From Geobacteraceae bacterium (GTDB lineage Bacteria; Desulfobacterota; Desulfuromonadia; Geobacterales; Geobacteraceae), in assembly GCA_028683555.1 (NCBI GenBank), contig JAQUHN010000002.1:1233-65232 (forward strand): a stretch of 64,000 nt of DNA, written 5' to 3'. This document shows, one piece after another, positions 29,655 to 39,493 of this stretch. The notes beneath the pieces are model-generated. The model did not search any database, had not been told where the DNA came from, and worked only from the letters and a program-made list of their open reading frames with translations. Every line of letters starts with the position of its first letter. The first letter of the stretch is position 1. The position numbers were made by a program, and so were the translations under genes.

Positions 29655-31559
29655 ATGAGTGATGCCGGCAATGAACAGACACATAGCCAAAAACTGCTGG
29701 AGCTCGAGACCATTATCAACCAGAGTCCCGCGGTTGCCTTCCGCTGGAATGCCGATGAAAGATGGTCGGTCCAGTTTGTGTCGGACAATATCCGGCAGTT
29801 CGGGTTCCGTGCCGAGGAATTTCTCTCGAACGGATTGTGTTTTGCCGATATTGTCCATCCTGATGACCTGCAGCAGGTTCGTGAAGAGGTTGCCAGATTT
29901 TCCCGGGAGGGTGTTGACGAATTTTCCCATGAGTACCGGATCGTTGACGGTCAGGGCAGGGTGCGATGGCTGGACGATCGAACCGTTATTCTGCGGGACA
30001 AGGATGCGAAACCTCTGGCGTACCAGGGCTTGTTGCTTGATGTGACCGACCGGAAGAATGCAGAGCACAACCTTCTCCGGCAGAAGGAAATGCTGCAGAA
30101 AATTCTCGACACAATCCCGGCGATGATAGTCTATTTCGATCCCCAGCAGCGGGTTGCTTACGGAAATCTGGCGTGGGAACAGAGTACCGGCTGGAAGCTG
30201 GAGGATTTGCAGGAACGGGACCTGCTGGAAGAGTTGTATCCTGATGCTGAATACCGGCGTCAGGTCAGGGAGTTTATCGTACGGGCGGAAGGTGTCTGGC
30301 AGAACTTTCGTACCAGGGTGCGGGATGGCCGGATGCTTGAAACCCGCTGGGCGAACGTGAAGCTTTCGGACGGAACAAATATCGGTATCGGGCAGGACAT
30401 TACCGATCAAGTAAAGCTTGAGGAACAAGCCCGGCTGACCCAGAAACTGGAGACTGTCGGTCGGCTTGCGGGCGGAATTGCCCATGATTTCAATAATATT
30501 CTCACGGCGATCATCGGTTTCTGCACCTTGTCGAAGATGAAGACCGACGCGAACGACCCCGTGCACCATTACCAGGACAGTATTCTTAAAGCTGCGGAGA
30601 AAGCCGCCGGTTTGACACAATCGCTGCTTGCCTTCAGCCGGAAACAGATGATTTTCGTCCGCCGGATCGACCTGGTGGAGTGCGTAAACCAGATAATGGA
30701 AAAAATTGCCCCTGACCTGGGCAACAAAATCCAGCTGCAAATCCGGCACGAGATTCCGGATCTGCAGGTAGTAGCCGATTGCCACTGCCTGGAGCAGATC
30801 CTGGTGAGTCTCAGCATGAACTCGCTGGACGCCATGCCGGATGGCGGGCGTCTTGTCATCGCCACAACCCTTGCCGAGATTGGCCCCGATTTTATTGAGG
30901 CAAACGGGTTCGGTAAGGTTGGGCGCTATGCGTGCCTGACGGTTACCGATGCCGGGGTAGGCATGGCTCCGGAGGTCCAGAAAAATATCTTTGTACCTTT
31001 TTTCACGACCAAGGAAGTGGGCCAGGGAACGGGGCTCGGCCTTCCCAGTGTCTATGGAACCGTGAAGCAGCTTGGTGGCTATATAACCGTTCACTCGGCT
31101 CTGGGGTCAGGCAGCACGTTTACCATTTATCTGCCCTGTGCAAAGCTTGAGGCCTTGCCGGAGGTGGCTGAACGACCTGCCGGCAAACACTCCGAGCATC
31201 CTGTCATTTTGCTGGCAGATGATGATACCCTGGTCAGAGCGGTCAGCCGGGAAATTCTCGAAAAATCAGGTTTTTCGGTTGTCGAGGCGGTTGATGGCGC
31301 CGATGCGGTGAGGAAATTCCGGGATATGAAAAATGCCCCGGATCTGCTGCTGTTTGATATTGTCATGCCGAGGATGAACGGCATGGAGGCGTTTCAAAAA
31401 ATCCACGAGGAAAGACCGGAAATCCCGGTCCTCTTCCTGAGTGGCTACCAGGAAAAAATTGACCTGGCCGGGGATTTGCCGGAGGGTGCTGTCGAGATTA
31501 TCGGAAAACCTGTCTCTCCAGAAGAGCTGGTGCGGAAAATAAAGGCGATACTGAAGTAG
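29655..31559 (+). CDS. PAS/PAC hybrid sensor histidine kinase with C-terminal receiver
   Basis: Start ATG 29655 (AAAGGA Shine-Dalgarno). Two PAS segments. H-box [13 protein letters not shown]. HATPase DAGVGM...[19 protein letters not shown]...[13 protein letters not shown]. Confidence 0.9.
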   Translation: MSDAGNEQTHSQKLLELETIINQSPAVAFRWNADERWSVQFVSDNIRQFGFRAEEFLSNGLCFADIVHPDDLQQVREEVARFSREGVDEFSHEYRIVDGQGRVRWLDDRTVILRDKDAKPLAYQGLLLDVTDRKNAEHNLLRQKEMLQKILDTIPAMIVYFDPQQRVAYGNLAWEQSTGWKLEDLQERDLLEELYPDAEYRRQVREFIVRAEGVWQNFRTRVRDGRMLETRWANVKLSDGTNIGIGQDITDQVKLEEQARLTQKLETVGRLAGGIAHDFNNILTAIIGFCTLSKMKTDANDPVHHYQDSILKAAEKAAGLTQSLLAFSRKQMIFVRRIDLVECVNQIMEKIAPDLGNKIQLQIRHEIPDLQVVADCHCLEQILVSLSMNSLDAMPDGGRLVIATTLAEIGPDFIEANGFGKVGRYACLTVTDAGVGMAPEVQKNIFVPFFTTKEVGQGTGLGLPSVYGTVKQLGGYITVHSALGSGSTFTIYLPCAKLEALPEVAERPAGKHSEHPVILLADDDTLVRAVSREILEKSGFSVVEAVDGADAVRKFRDMKNAPDLLLFDIVMPRMNGMEAFQKIHEERPEIPVLFLSGYQEKIDLAGDLPEGAVEIIGKPVSPEELVRKIKAILK

Positions 31560-31686
31560 GTTCGGAAAAAGCAACGGTTGCCTTGAAAGAGGATTCGTCG
31601 GACGTGTGGTAACATTCTTGCCGCGGAGTGAATTTTATTCCGTCAGGGAAGAGCTGTGGCGGGGGCGGAGTGGTGCTCCGCCATAC

Positions 31687-32415
31687 TCAATGCTCCCGGA
31701 CAGCAGACGGCATTTCTGCGTTTCCTGAGACGGACTGCTCAATAAACAGCCGCAGCTTTTCTTCGTTGTCCTGTCCGATATCGTTGAACCTGATACCTAC
31801 CCCGGGAAGTGAGTGGGGTGCAGCAGGGTCCAGAATGTAGATGACCTCTCCGGTCAGTTCAACGGGTCCAAGCGAAGGCGGCAGGTTGAAGGAAATTTTT
31901 ACCTGCGACCCTTTCTGGAACGCCTGGTGATCGGATTGCACCAGCATTCCTCCTTCACCGAGGGTTTTGGTCCTGGCTTCGATCTGCTGATCTTTTGACC
32001 GGATGATGGCATCAACCCCAATATCAAGGCGGAGCATCTGCCGTTTGACGACAAAGGGCAGGTTGCGCTGCAGCATCAGGTGGATGTCCCTGACGGTCAA
32101 CGGCTTGGTCAGGTAATCAACACACCCGTTCTGTTTTGCCTGTGCGATGCTTGCCGCGTTTCCGTCCGTGGTAACGATCACCACAGGTATGGTTGCCGAG
32201 CGAGGGTCGCGGTGCAGTTTTTCGCAGACCTCAACTCCCTTGCAGTGCGGCACATTGAGCTCCGCGAGCACCAGGTTCGGTTGTACTTCGGCAATGACCG
32301 CAAGTCCGGATTCCATGTCTCCGGCTCGATGCACTTCGTATCCCATCCTCACCAGAACGCGACTGACAAATTTTGCAAAGGTTTCCGATGGGTCGATCAT
32401 GACGATTTTTTTCAT
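31687..32415 (-). CDS. response-regulator receiver fused to a PilZ-like domain
   Basis: Start ATG 32415: MKKIVMIDPSETFAKFV...LVLAELNVPHCKG...YLTKP (REC), then RQMLRLDIGVDAII...GEGGMLVQSD...GVGIRFNDI (PilZ-like). Confidence 0.85.
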   Translation of the reverse strand: MKKIVMIDPSETFAKFVSRVLVRMGYEVHRAGDMESGLAVIAEVQPNLVLAELNVPHCKGVEVCEKLHRDPRSATIPVVIVTTDGNAASIAQAKQNGCVDYLTKPLTVRDIHLMLQRNLPFVVKRQMLRLDIGVDAIIRSKDQQIEARTKTLGEGGMLVQSDHQAFQKGSQVKISFNLPPSLGPVELTGEVIYILDPAAPHSLPGVGIRFNDIGQDNEEKLRLFIEQSVSGNAEMPSAVREH

Positions 32416-32751
32416 GTATTCTGTACCCTCTGCGAAGTGAGTTTTTTCATTACAGTCGGTAAAAAAAAGCCCTTTCCTTGATTTTGCCCACAAAAAACCG
32501 CTTTCGTGAGCGTCCTGCCAACGGAAGCGGTTCCTTTCCGATTCATGGTACTCCAGCGGCACGCAGTACTGCATAATAACAATCATTTTACGAACTTCCG
32601 GGAAAGTTTACGTAGCTTCCATCCGGAAACCCGGATGGAAGCTACGTAGTATTCCTATTACTACAAAGTACCGTTATGTCAACATTTCCATGGTTTGTTT
32701 TTGCGTCTGACAGGAAACAGGCTCTGCGCTGAAATTCACCGGCAGCGGCTC

Positions 32752-35439
32752 TTATTGCTTTCGTGCCATATGCTGCAGGATTTCCTTGAGCTTCTGCAGT
32801 TCTTTGCCGTATCCAGCCCAATTTCCCTGGCGTTGCAGCTCTATTGCCCGTTCATAGGTTTTCATTGCCTCAGCGGCCAGTTCCGGCTGGGTGTAGGTCG
32901 GGACGGGACCGGTTTTTTCGGCTGTTTCCGGAGTTGGCAGAGTACCGCCGAAAAGCTTCTGCAGGGCCAGTTCCAGGGTCTCTTCCATGACAACTTCATC
33001 CCGGTAGGCGACGATTACCCGCTGGAGTTCGGGGAGACCGATCTTGTCGGTTGCCGCAAGATACAGCGGCTGCACATACAGCAGCGATTTTTCTATCGGA
33101 ATAACCAGCATGCTGCCGCGGATAACTTCGGAGCCCCGCTGTCCCCAGAGGGTCAGTTGCTGCGAGATGACCGAGTCCTGGTTGATGCGCGCGTCTATCT
33201 GTTTCGGCCCATAGATGAGCCGATCGCGGGGGAAGGTATAGGCCAGCAGTTTGCCATAGTTCGAGCCGTCGCAGCGGGCGGTCAGCCAGGCTGCCAGGTT
33301 GTCCCTTTTCGCCGGGGTAAAGGGCAGCAGGAGGATGTATTCCTCCTTTTTTTCACCCGGCAGCTTCATGATGGTGTAGTAGGGTTCCATGGGATTATCG
33401 CCGAGCGCCGGTATTTCCCAGAGGTTTTCCTTGTTGTAAAACACCTTCGGGTCGGTCATATGGTAGGCGGCAAATATGGATGCCTGGATCCGCATGAACT
33501 GATGGGGATAGCGGATATGGGCGCGCAGATCTTCCGGCATGGCTGCCATCGGCTTGAACAGTTTCGGGAAGATCCTTGCATAGACTTTCACCAGTGGGTC
33601 CTGCGGGTCGCTGATGTAATAGTCGATGGTGCCGTCGTAGGCATCTATCACTACCTTGACCGAGTTCCTCATGTAATTGATCTCTTTCGAGACCGGTTTC
33701 GAGTAAGGGAGACTGTTCGAGGCCGTGTAGGCGTCGATTATCCACGCCAGCCGACCTTCTTTGGTCACCACCATGTACGGATCCGAGTCAAGCAGCAGGA
33801 ACGGGGTCACGGTCTTTACCCGCTCGGTAATGTTCCGGTAGTAGAGGATGCGGCTTTCCTTGCCGATGTCCGATGAAAGAAGGATCTTTTCGGTCCTGAA
33901 GCGGGCGGCGAAGAGTGCTTTTTTTACCAGCGAGTCGAGGGGGACTCCGCCCTTCCCTTCATAGGTGGTGTTGATGTTGCCGGTGGCGGTGGGATAGCTG
34001 AACTCCGGGACCCTGGTTTTGACGATGACGTAATCGTTGGACAGTTCACCGTAGTAGATCTCCGGCTTGGTTAGCGTGATATCGGCCAGGCTGACTGCCG
34101 GGATGTCCTTGATGAAGAATTCCGGCAAACCTTCTTTACTGATCCGGCTTACCGGGCCGAAAGTGATACCGTTGCCGTGGGTAAAAATCAGTCGTTCGTT
34201 TATCCAGTTCCTGCTGGGAAGATCGTTGTACGAGAGTTCGCGGGGCGAAAGCATGACCTGGGTATACTGGCCGTTGACCAGGTAGCGGTCGTTGTCCACG
34301 TCATGGAACTTGTAGTAGGTCCTGATCTGCTGCAACTGGCTGTAGGTCCTGAGCAGCGGGGCGTGATCCCAGAGCCTGATGTTCTTGATTGTCAGGTCGT
34401 TGTTGGCAATGTCCGTGGCGTTCAGTTTGTCGTCTACGTCAAAGGGAATAGTTTCTATCTTGTCCAGATCATAACCGAAACGGGTAAATTTGATGCCGTG
34501 CTCGATATAGGGCATCTCCAGGGCCAGTTCAGTGGGAGCAACCTTGAATTTCTGCAACAAGCCGGGATATACCTTGATTCCTATGCCGTAAATGGCAAAC
34601 AGTATGACAGGTGCCAGCAGTGCCTGGCGCCAGCGGGCTTTCCAGACAGCCGCTGCGAAGAAAATAGCCGTCATCGGAGTAATTACGGCGAGAAGGCGGA
34701 ACACCCGCAGCCGGGCGGTTACGTCGGTATACCCGGCGCCATAGACCGCTCCTGTTTCGGAAAAGAGCAGCCGGAAGCAGTCCAGGTAGAAACCGGCGGC
34801 CATGGTAAGCAGAAATAACCCCGCCAGCAAGGCCAGATGCTTTCTGACCTGGCCGTCAACGTGCGCACCGCTCGGCGTCAGGGAGATGCCGCCTTTCACG
34901 TAGTAGGCAACGCCGACCAGCACGGTGGCGACGAGCACCGTTACCCGGGAAAATGCCGCGAGGATTTCCAGGAGTGGCAGGCTGAAGAAATAGAAGCCGA
35001 TGTCTTTGCCTAGAATGGGATCCGCGGTGCCGACCGGCAGCATGTTCCGGAACAGCAGGAGCTTTTCCCACTGCAGGGCACCCCATTGGCCGGCAAAAAG
35101 GGCCAGGACAAAGGCAAACACCAGGGCCAGGGGCTTTACAAACCGCTCAGCCTCGTCGGTTTTCAGTTGATAGATGGTTCCTTCCATGATGGTTACGGCG
35201 GCACGGGGGAATTTCGAGCGGAGCGCCGGGATCAGGTTGAGCAGCAGAAATGCCAGCAGCAGACTGCCGAACAGCAGGCCGCTGCCGATTTTTACCAGCA
35301 GTGTTGTCGTCAGTACCGATGTGTAGCCGGTTTCGACAAAGAAATTCCAGTCCGTGTAAAGGTTCAGGAGTGAAACCAGGAAGGGAAGGATCAGAAAGAG
35401 TGCGGCGAGTGAGATGAGCACGGTTTTTCTTCCGGGCAT
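32752..35439 (-). CDS. UPF0182-family large membrane protein
   Basis: About 895 aa. ATG 35439 is preceded by TAAGGAGG. About 7 N-terminal TM helices, then a large soluble region typical of UPF0182 (family assignment from memory). Confidence 0.75.
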   Translation of the reverse strand: MPGRKTVLISLAALFLILPFLVSLLNLYTDWNFFVETGYTSVLTTTLLVKIGSGLLFGSLLLAFLLLNLIPALRSKFPRAAVTIMEGTIYQLKTDEAERFVKPLALVFAFVLALFAGQWGALQWEKLLLFRNMLPVGTADPILGKDIGFYFFSLPLLEILAAFSRVTVLVATVLVGVAYYVKGGISLTPSGAHVDGQVRKHLALLAGLFLLTMAAGFYLDCFRLLFSETGAVYGAGYTDVTARLRVFRLLAVITPMTAIFFAAAVWKARWRQALLAPVILFAIYGIGIKVYPGLLQKFKVAPTELALEMPYIEHGIKFTRFGYDLDKIETIPFDVDDKLNATDIANNDLTIKNIRLWDHAPLLRTYSQLQQIRTYYKFHDVDNDRYLVNGQYTQVMLSPRELSYNDLPSRNWINERLIFTHGNGITFGPVSRISKEGLPEFFIKDIPAVSLADITLTKPEIYYGELSNDYVIVKTRVPEFSYPTATGNINTTYEGKGGVPLDSLVKKALFAARFRTEKILLSSDIGKESRILYYRNITERVKTVTPFLLLDSDPYMVVTKEGRLAWIIDAYTASNSLPYSKPVSKEINYMRNSVKVVIDAYDGTIDYYISDPQDPLVKVYARIFPKLFKPMAAMPEDLRAHIRYPHQFMRIQASIFAAYHMTDPKVFYNKENLWEIPALGDNPMEPYYTIMKLPGEKKEEYILLLPFTPAKRDNLAAWLTARCDGSNYGKLLAYTFPRDRLIYGPKQIDARINQDSVISQQLTLWGQRGSEVIRGSMLVIPIEKSLLYVQPLYLAATDKIGLPELQRVIVAYRDEVVMEETLELALQKLFGGTLPTPETAEKTGPVPTYTQPELAAEAMKTYERAIELQRQGNWAGYGKELQKLKEILQHMARKQ

Positions 35440-35765
35440 GAGTGCCTCCTTAGGCATCTTTGCGACGTAGGGAATAGCTGGCGTTGAATTTTCGATGTGT
35501 TGTGTTTACCACACATACACCGGATAGCTCTTGGTTGTCAAATTTACCGGAGCAAAGTATGACAGTTGGCCCCATTCGGTTAAAAATTTTCTTGCGAATC
35601 TCCAGCGCAAAGCATGATTGTTTCCGTATCGTCTCGCCACGGGATTTGATTGGTGGAGAGCAGGTGTCGGCATAAAGAACCTTGTTTTCGCCGGGGTTGA
35701 CACCAGAAAAATCATTATTATCTTGAAGTCAGGAAGTTTGAAATAACCAGAAGGAGGCGGATATC

Positions 35766-36215
35766 ATGGCATATTGGGATATGTTCAGGGAGTTGGACAG
35801 CCTGCGGCGCGAGATTGATGATGCTTTTCGGGGCGTCGGCATGCGAAGGGTTCTGACACCCCATTTTCTGACCGGTGGCGGGACGCGGCGTTTTCCACTC
35901 GTCAATATCAGCGAGGATGGAACGGATATTTATCTGGAGGCGTTGCTTCCCGGGGTTGATCCGTCCCGTGTGGAGGTTTCCGTGCTGCGTAATACCCTGA
36001 CCCTTGCGGGCGAACGCAACCCGGCTGACACGGACAAGAACGCAGTTTGGCATCGCAATGAGCGGGGTGTCGGAAAATTCAGCAGAACCATCGAGTTGCC
36101 GGCAGAGATAGACAGCGGTAAGGTCTCGGCTCAGTGCAGTGACGGTGTGCTCAGAATAACCCTGCCGAAAGTGGAAGCGGCAAAGCCGAAGAAAATTACG
36201 GTCGGAGTTTCCTGA
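35766..36215 (+). CDS. Hsp20/alpha-crystallin small heat-shock protein
   Basis: PLVNISEDGTDIYLEALLPGVDP...FSRTIELPAEIDSGKVSAQCSDGVLRITLPK. Confidence 0.9.
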   Translation: MAYWDMFRELDSLRREIDDAFRGVGMRRVLTPHFLTGGGTRRFPLVNISEDGTDIYLEALLPGVDPSRVEVSVLRNTLTLAGERNPADTDKNAVWHRNERGVGKFSRTIELPAEIDSGKVSAQCSDGVLRITLPKVEAAKPKKITVGVS

Positions 36216-36270
36216 CCGGGAAAGATATCAACCTTTCGTGGAACAAGATTTTTAAAGGAGGCTTGAAGCC

Positions 36271-36669
36271 ATGTCGGATAAAAGCATAACCAATACCACC
36301 GAACAAAATGCGCCGGAAACCCGGGAGGAAACCCGTTCCAACGAGCGCTACCTGCGTCCTGCCGTGGATATCATAGAAAAGGAAGATTGCCTGATAATCA
36401 TTGCCGATCTTCCCGGCGTCGGGAAGGAGAACCTGGAGATCGGTATCGACAAGGGTATCCTGACGATCCAGGGGCAGGTGAAGCCGGCAGTACAGGGTAA
36501 CGAAGTGTACCGGGAATTCCAGTTGATGAGCTATTACCGTCAGTTTCAGTTGCCGGAAGCGATCGACCAGGAAAAGGTCAGGGCAGAGTTCATCAACGGT
36601 GTATTGACCTTACGGCTGTGCAAGGCTGAGGCGGCAAAACCGAGAAGGATCGAAGTCCAGGTGGCATAA
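36271..36669 (+). CDS. Hsp20/alpha-crystallin small heat-shock protein (second copy)
   Basis: PAVDIIEKEDCLIIIADLPGV...FQLPEAIDQEKVRAEFINGVLTLRLCK. Confidence 0.9.
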   Translation: MSDKSITNTTEQNAPETREETRSNERYLRPAVDIIEKEDCLIIIADLPGVGKENLEIGIDKGILTIQGQVKPAVQGNEVYREFQLMSYYRQFQLPEAIDQEKVRAEFINGVLTLRLCKAEAAKPRRIEVQVA

Positions 36670-36769
36670 CATTGCCGGCGCCTGGCGGATGAAGTACAAT
36701 TGAGCATAGTACATTCTGGGAACAGGGGCGCAAGATTCGGCCCCTTCCCGTGGGGAGTTACCAGATATC

Positions 36770-37711
36770 ATGGCGGTTACCTTTCAGGATTACTATCAGA
36801 TCCTCGGCGTGGAACGTACGGCGACCCAGGAGGATATCCAGCGCGCCTATCGCAAGCTGGCGCGTAAGTATCATCCGGATATCAACAAGGACCCGGCTGC
36901 CGAGGAGAAGTTCAAGCAGATCAACGAGGCCTACGAGGTGCTCAAGGACCCGGAGTCCCGGCAGAAGTACGATTCCATCGGAACCGGCTTCAAAGGCGGC
37001 GAAGAATTTTCGGTCCCGCCGGGATGGGAGAATGTCCGGTTTTACCATGAAGGTGATGAGGGGGCCGATTACAGTGACTTCTTCCGGTCTATTTTCGGCG
37101 ACCTCGGCGGATTCTCCAGCGGAGGGATGCCGGGCGGCGGCCAGCGGCGGGGTAGGGGGCGCGATTACGACAGCCATATCGAGATCTCGCTGGAGGATGC
37201 CTGCAACGGCGTCAGCAAGGTTATCGACCTCGAGACGGTGGTTCCGGGTGCGGATGGTCGGCCGGTGAGGAGCCGCCAGAGCTTGGACGTGAAAATTCCC
37301 CAGGGCGTTACCGAAGGTTCGAGAATACGGTTGCGCGGCCAGGGCGGCAAGGGCGTCGGCGGAGGCGAGGACGGAGACCTGTACCTGAAAGTACACCTGA
37401 AAAAAGATCCGCGCTTCCAAGTAGAGCACCATGATCTGCTGAGCATCCTAGACGTTGCTCCCTGGGAGGCGGCCCTCGGCGCAAAGGTTACCGTCCCTAC
37501 GGTTGGTGGCGCGGTGAACATGACTCTGCCGCCGGGAACCCAGGCGGGTCAAGTGTTCCGTCTCCGGGGGAAGGGAATTCCCCGGAGAACCGGGGATCCG
37601 GGCGACTTGCTGATAACGGTCCGGGTAGTTGTTCCGCCACACCCGACGGAACGGGAAAAGCAGTTGTTCGAGGAGTTGGCGAAGGAATCACGTTTTCGGC
37701 CGCGGGGGTGA
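36770..37711 (+). CDS. cbpA: DnaJ-class co-chaperone lacking the zinc finger (CbpA-like)
   Basis: J-domain [35 protein letters not shown]. No CxxCxGxG repeats. DnaJ C-terminal beta domains present. Confidence 0.85.
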   Translation: MAVTFQDYYQILGVERTATQEDIQRAYRKLARKYHPDINKDPAAEEKFKQINEAYEVLKDPESRQKYDSIGTGFKGGEEFSVPPGWENVRFYHEGDEGADYSDFFRSIFGDLGGFSSGGMPGGGQRRGRGRDYDSHIEISLEDACNGVSKVIDLETVVPGADGRPVRSRQSLDVKIPQGVTEGSRIRLRGQGGKGVGGGEDGDLYLKVHLKKDPRFQVEHHDLLSILDVAPWEAALGAKVTVPTVGGAVNMTLPPGTQAGQVFRLRGKGIPRRTGDPGDLLITVRVVVPPHPTEREKQLFEELAKESRFRPRG

Positions 37712-37717
37712 AAAAGG

Positions 37718-38059
37718 ATGGGGAAAATGGTGAAACAGCGGATTATGGTTCGATCACGATATGAGCTGACGGTTGAGGATGGCGGTCCTTTGGGCACGAT
37801 GGTGACGGTTTCCCTGGCGGAACTGGCCGGGCGGTGCGGCTGTCGGGTTGACGTGCTGAGACGCCTGGTGAGTTTCGGCCTGGTTGACCCGGTGCCGGGG
37901 TATGCCGATCCTCCCCGCTTTCCCGATAACGCGGTTTCCCGGGTTGCCCGTGCGCTGCGGCTGAAGCAGGACCTTGGGCTGAACCTGAATGCTTTGGCGC
38001 TGGTGATGGAACTTCTTGACCGGATTGAGGAGCTGGAGGACCAACTGCGGAGCAGGTGA
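37718..38059 (+). CDS. cbpM: CbpM-like chaperone modulator (MerR-type HTH)
   Basis: VSLAELAGRCGCRVDVLRRLVSFGLVDP...RVARALRLKQDLGLNLNALALVMELLDRIEELE. Sits immediately after cbpA. Confidence 0.75.
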   Translation: MGKMVKQRIMVRSRYELTVEDGGPLGTMVTVSLAELAGRCGCRVDVLRRLVSFGLVDPVPGYADPPRFPDNAVSRVARALRLKQDLGLNLNALALVMELLDRIEELEDQLRSR

Positions 38060-38129
38060 GTTGCCACGTTGCTTGAGGACGTCGGCTCCATTGCATGGAG
38101 GGCATGGCTCGATACTGGCCACGCCCCGC

Positions 38130-38166
38130 AAAAAAGGCCTTGCGAATACGTCGCAAGGCCTTTTTT
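38130..38166. terminator. bidirectional terminator between the convergent cbpM and GAPDH-like genes
   Basis: A6, ggccttgcga-atacg-tcgcaaggcc, T6. Confidence 0.8.
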
Positions 38167-38189
38167 ACTGTCCCGTTGCGGGATGATCG

Positions 38190-39440
38190 TCAGCTCATGT
38201 TTTTGACCAGATAGCTGGTCAACTGGCCGAGGCAGTTTACATAGCTGCCGTATTCATTGTCGTACCAGCCGAACAGCTTCGCATGGGTTACCGGTATTTG
38301 AACTTCTGCGTCAGTCGACACGCCGAGGCTCTGGAGAGTTTCCTGCGGCAGGTTGATGAAACCGGTCCGGGTGTGGGTTTCGTGTCCCTCGATGACCACC
38401 GCGGCTGGCATGCCGATCAAGTCGGATGATACATTCTGGCGCTTGCTGTAAACGAGCAGATCTTTTTGCGATCCCTCGCCTGCTTTGCGGTAAATTTCGT
38501 TCAGCAGGTCATGGGTGATGACCGGCTCGCCCGCCTCGTCCAGCGGAGTGTGGAAGGTCAGGTTGAGAATGATCAGCGACACGGTGTTGGTGGGGATGCG
38601 GACTGAATCCGCCATGAACCCGACCCGCTTGATCTCCGGCATGACCTTTTCAAGGGCCTTGGCGGAACCGGTGGTGGACAGGATGATGTTGTTCATGACC
38701 GAGCGGTTTTTGCGCAGGTCGGAGACCCCGGTCTTCGGTACCCCGTCAAGGACGCTCTGGGTGTTGGTCGCTGCATGGATGGTGGACATGGACGCAGTCA
38801 GGATATTGGATGTTTCTTTGTTGTCCAGCAGCGGTTTGATCATGTGGGCCAGTCCGGTGGTGGTGCAGGAGGCGGCGGAAATGATATGGTGCCGGCTGGG
38901 GTCGAAGTCGGTGTGGTTGATCCCCTGCACCAACAGAATGCTGTCGTCGGGCAGCGATTTGGTTTTGTCCTTGATTTTGAAGGGGGCTGATGCCAGGACT
39001 TTTTCCGCGCCAGCTTCCAAATGGCCGCGGAGACTGCCCGATTTATGGTCGGCAGGCAGGGTTGGGTCAAGGAACTGGCCGGTGGTTTCCACCACGAAAC
39101 GAACCCCTTCTTTTCTCCAGGCGATGTCTTTCGGGTTTCTTGCTTCGCGAAGAATCTTTACCGTAATTCCATCAACATCGAGTATTGCCTGGTCGGCATC
39201 AACAACGCTGATTTCGCATTTGCGGGAATGACCATAGAGAAATCTGCTCAGGCTGCCATAGGTGGAATCGGTTTCGATTACCTGGACAATGTCGTCAAGG
39301 CTCTTGCCTACTTCCCTTCCCGTGTTTACGATGATCGTGTCGAAGTCTCTGGTGAGAAGGTGATTCCACAGGGTCAGCTTCCCGATGCGTCCCAGCCCGT
39401 TGATGCCCAACGGTTGTGATGACTTGTCGCCTGCACTCAT
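38190..39440 (-). CDS. glyceraldehyde-3-phosphate dehydrogenase-family oxidoreductase (long, 416 aa)
   Basis: GINGLGRIGKLTLW Rossmann motif. Catalytic SAASCTTTGLAHMIKPL. STIHAATNTQS...NIILSTTGSAKALEKVMPE. Confidence 0.8.
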   Translation of the reverse strand: MSAGDKSSQPLGINGLGRIGKLTLWNHLLTRDFDTIIVNTGREVGKSLDDIVQVIETDSTYGSLSRFLYGHSRKCEISVVDADQAILDVDGITVKILREARNPKDIAWRKEGVRFVVETTGQFLDPTLPADHKSGSLRGHLEAGAEKVLASAPFKIKDKTKSLPDDSILLVQGINHTDFDPSRHHIISAASCTTTGLAHMIKPLLDNKETSNILTASMSTIHAATNTQSVLDGVPKTGVSDLRKNRSVMNNIILSTTGSAKALEKVMPEIKRVGFMADSVRIPTNTVSLIILNLTFHTPLDEAGEPVITHDLLNEIYRKAGEGSQKDLLVYSKRQNVSSDLIGMPAAVVIEGHETHTRTGFINLPQETLQSLGVSTDAEVQIPVTHAKLFGWYDNEYGSYVNCLGQLTSYLVKNMS

Positions 39441-39493
39441 TGTTACCCTCCTTATGATATGTCTGTCCGGATTCGGTTTGTTGCCGAAATCCG

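Noticed and set aside
29571-31094. 507-aa minus-strand ORF opposite the hybrid kinase, with similar cases at 32695-33876, 40151-41347, 50558-51616 and 63122-63925
   Set aside because: All lie antisense to genes with clear domain signatures (HK, UPF0182, PPDK-like, ParA-like, NifD). They are treated as shadow ORFs.
35697-35721. TTGACA ... TATTAT upstream of the first hsp20 as a sigma70 promoter
   Set aside because: The spacer between the hexamers is only 13 nt. CTTGAAg nearby is not followed by a CCCCAT-like -10, so it is not a sigma32 promoter either.
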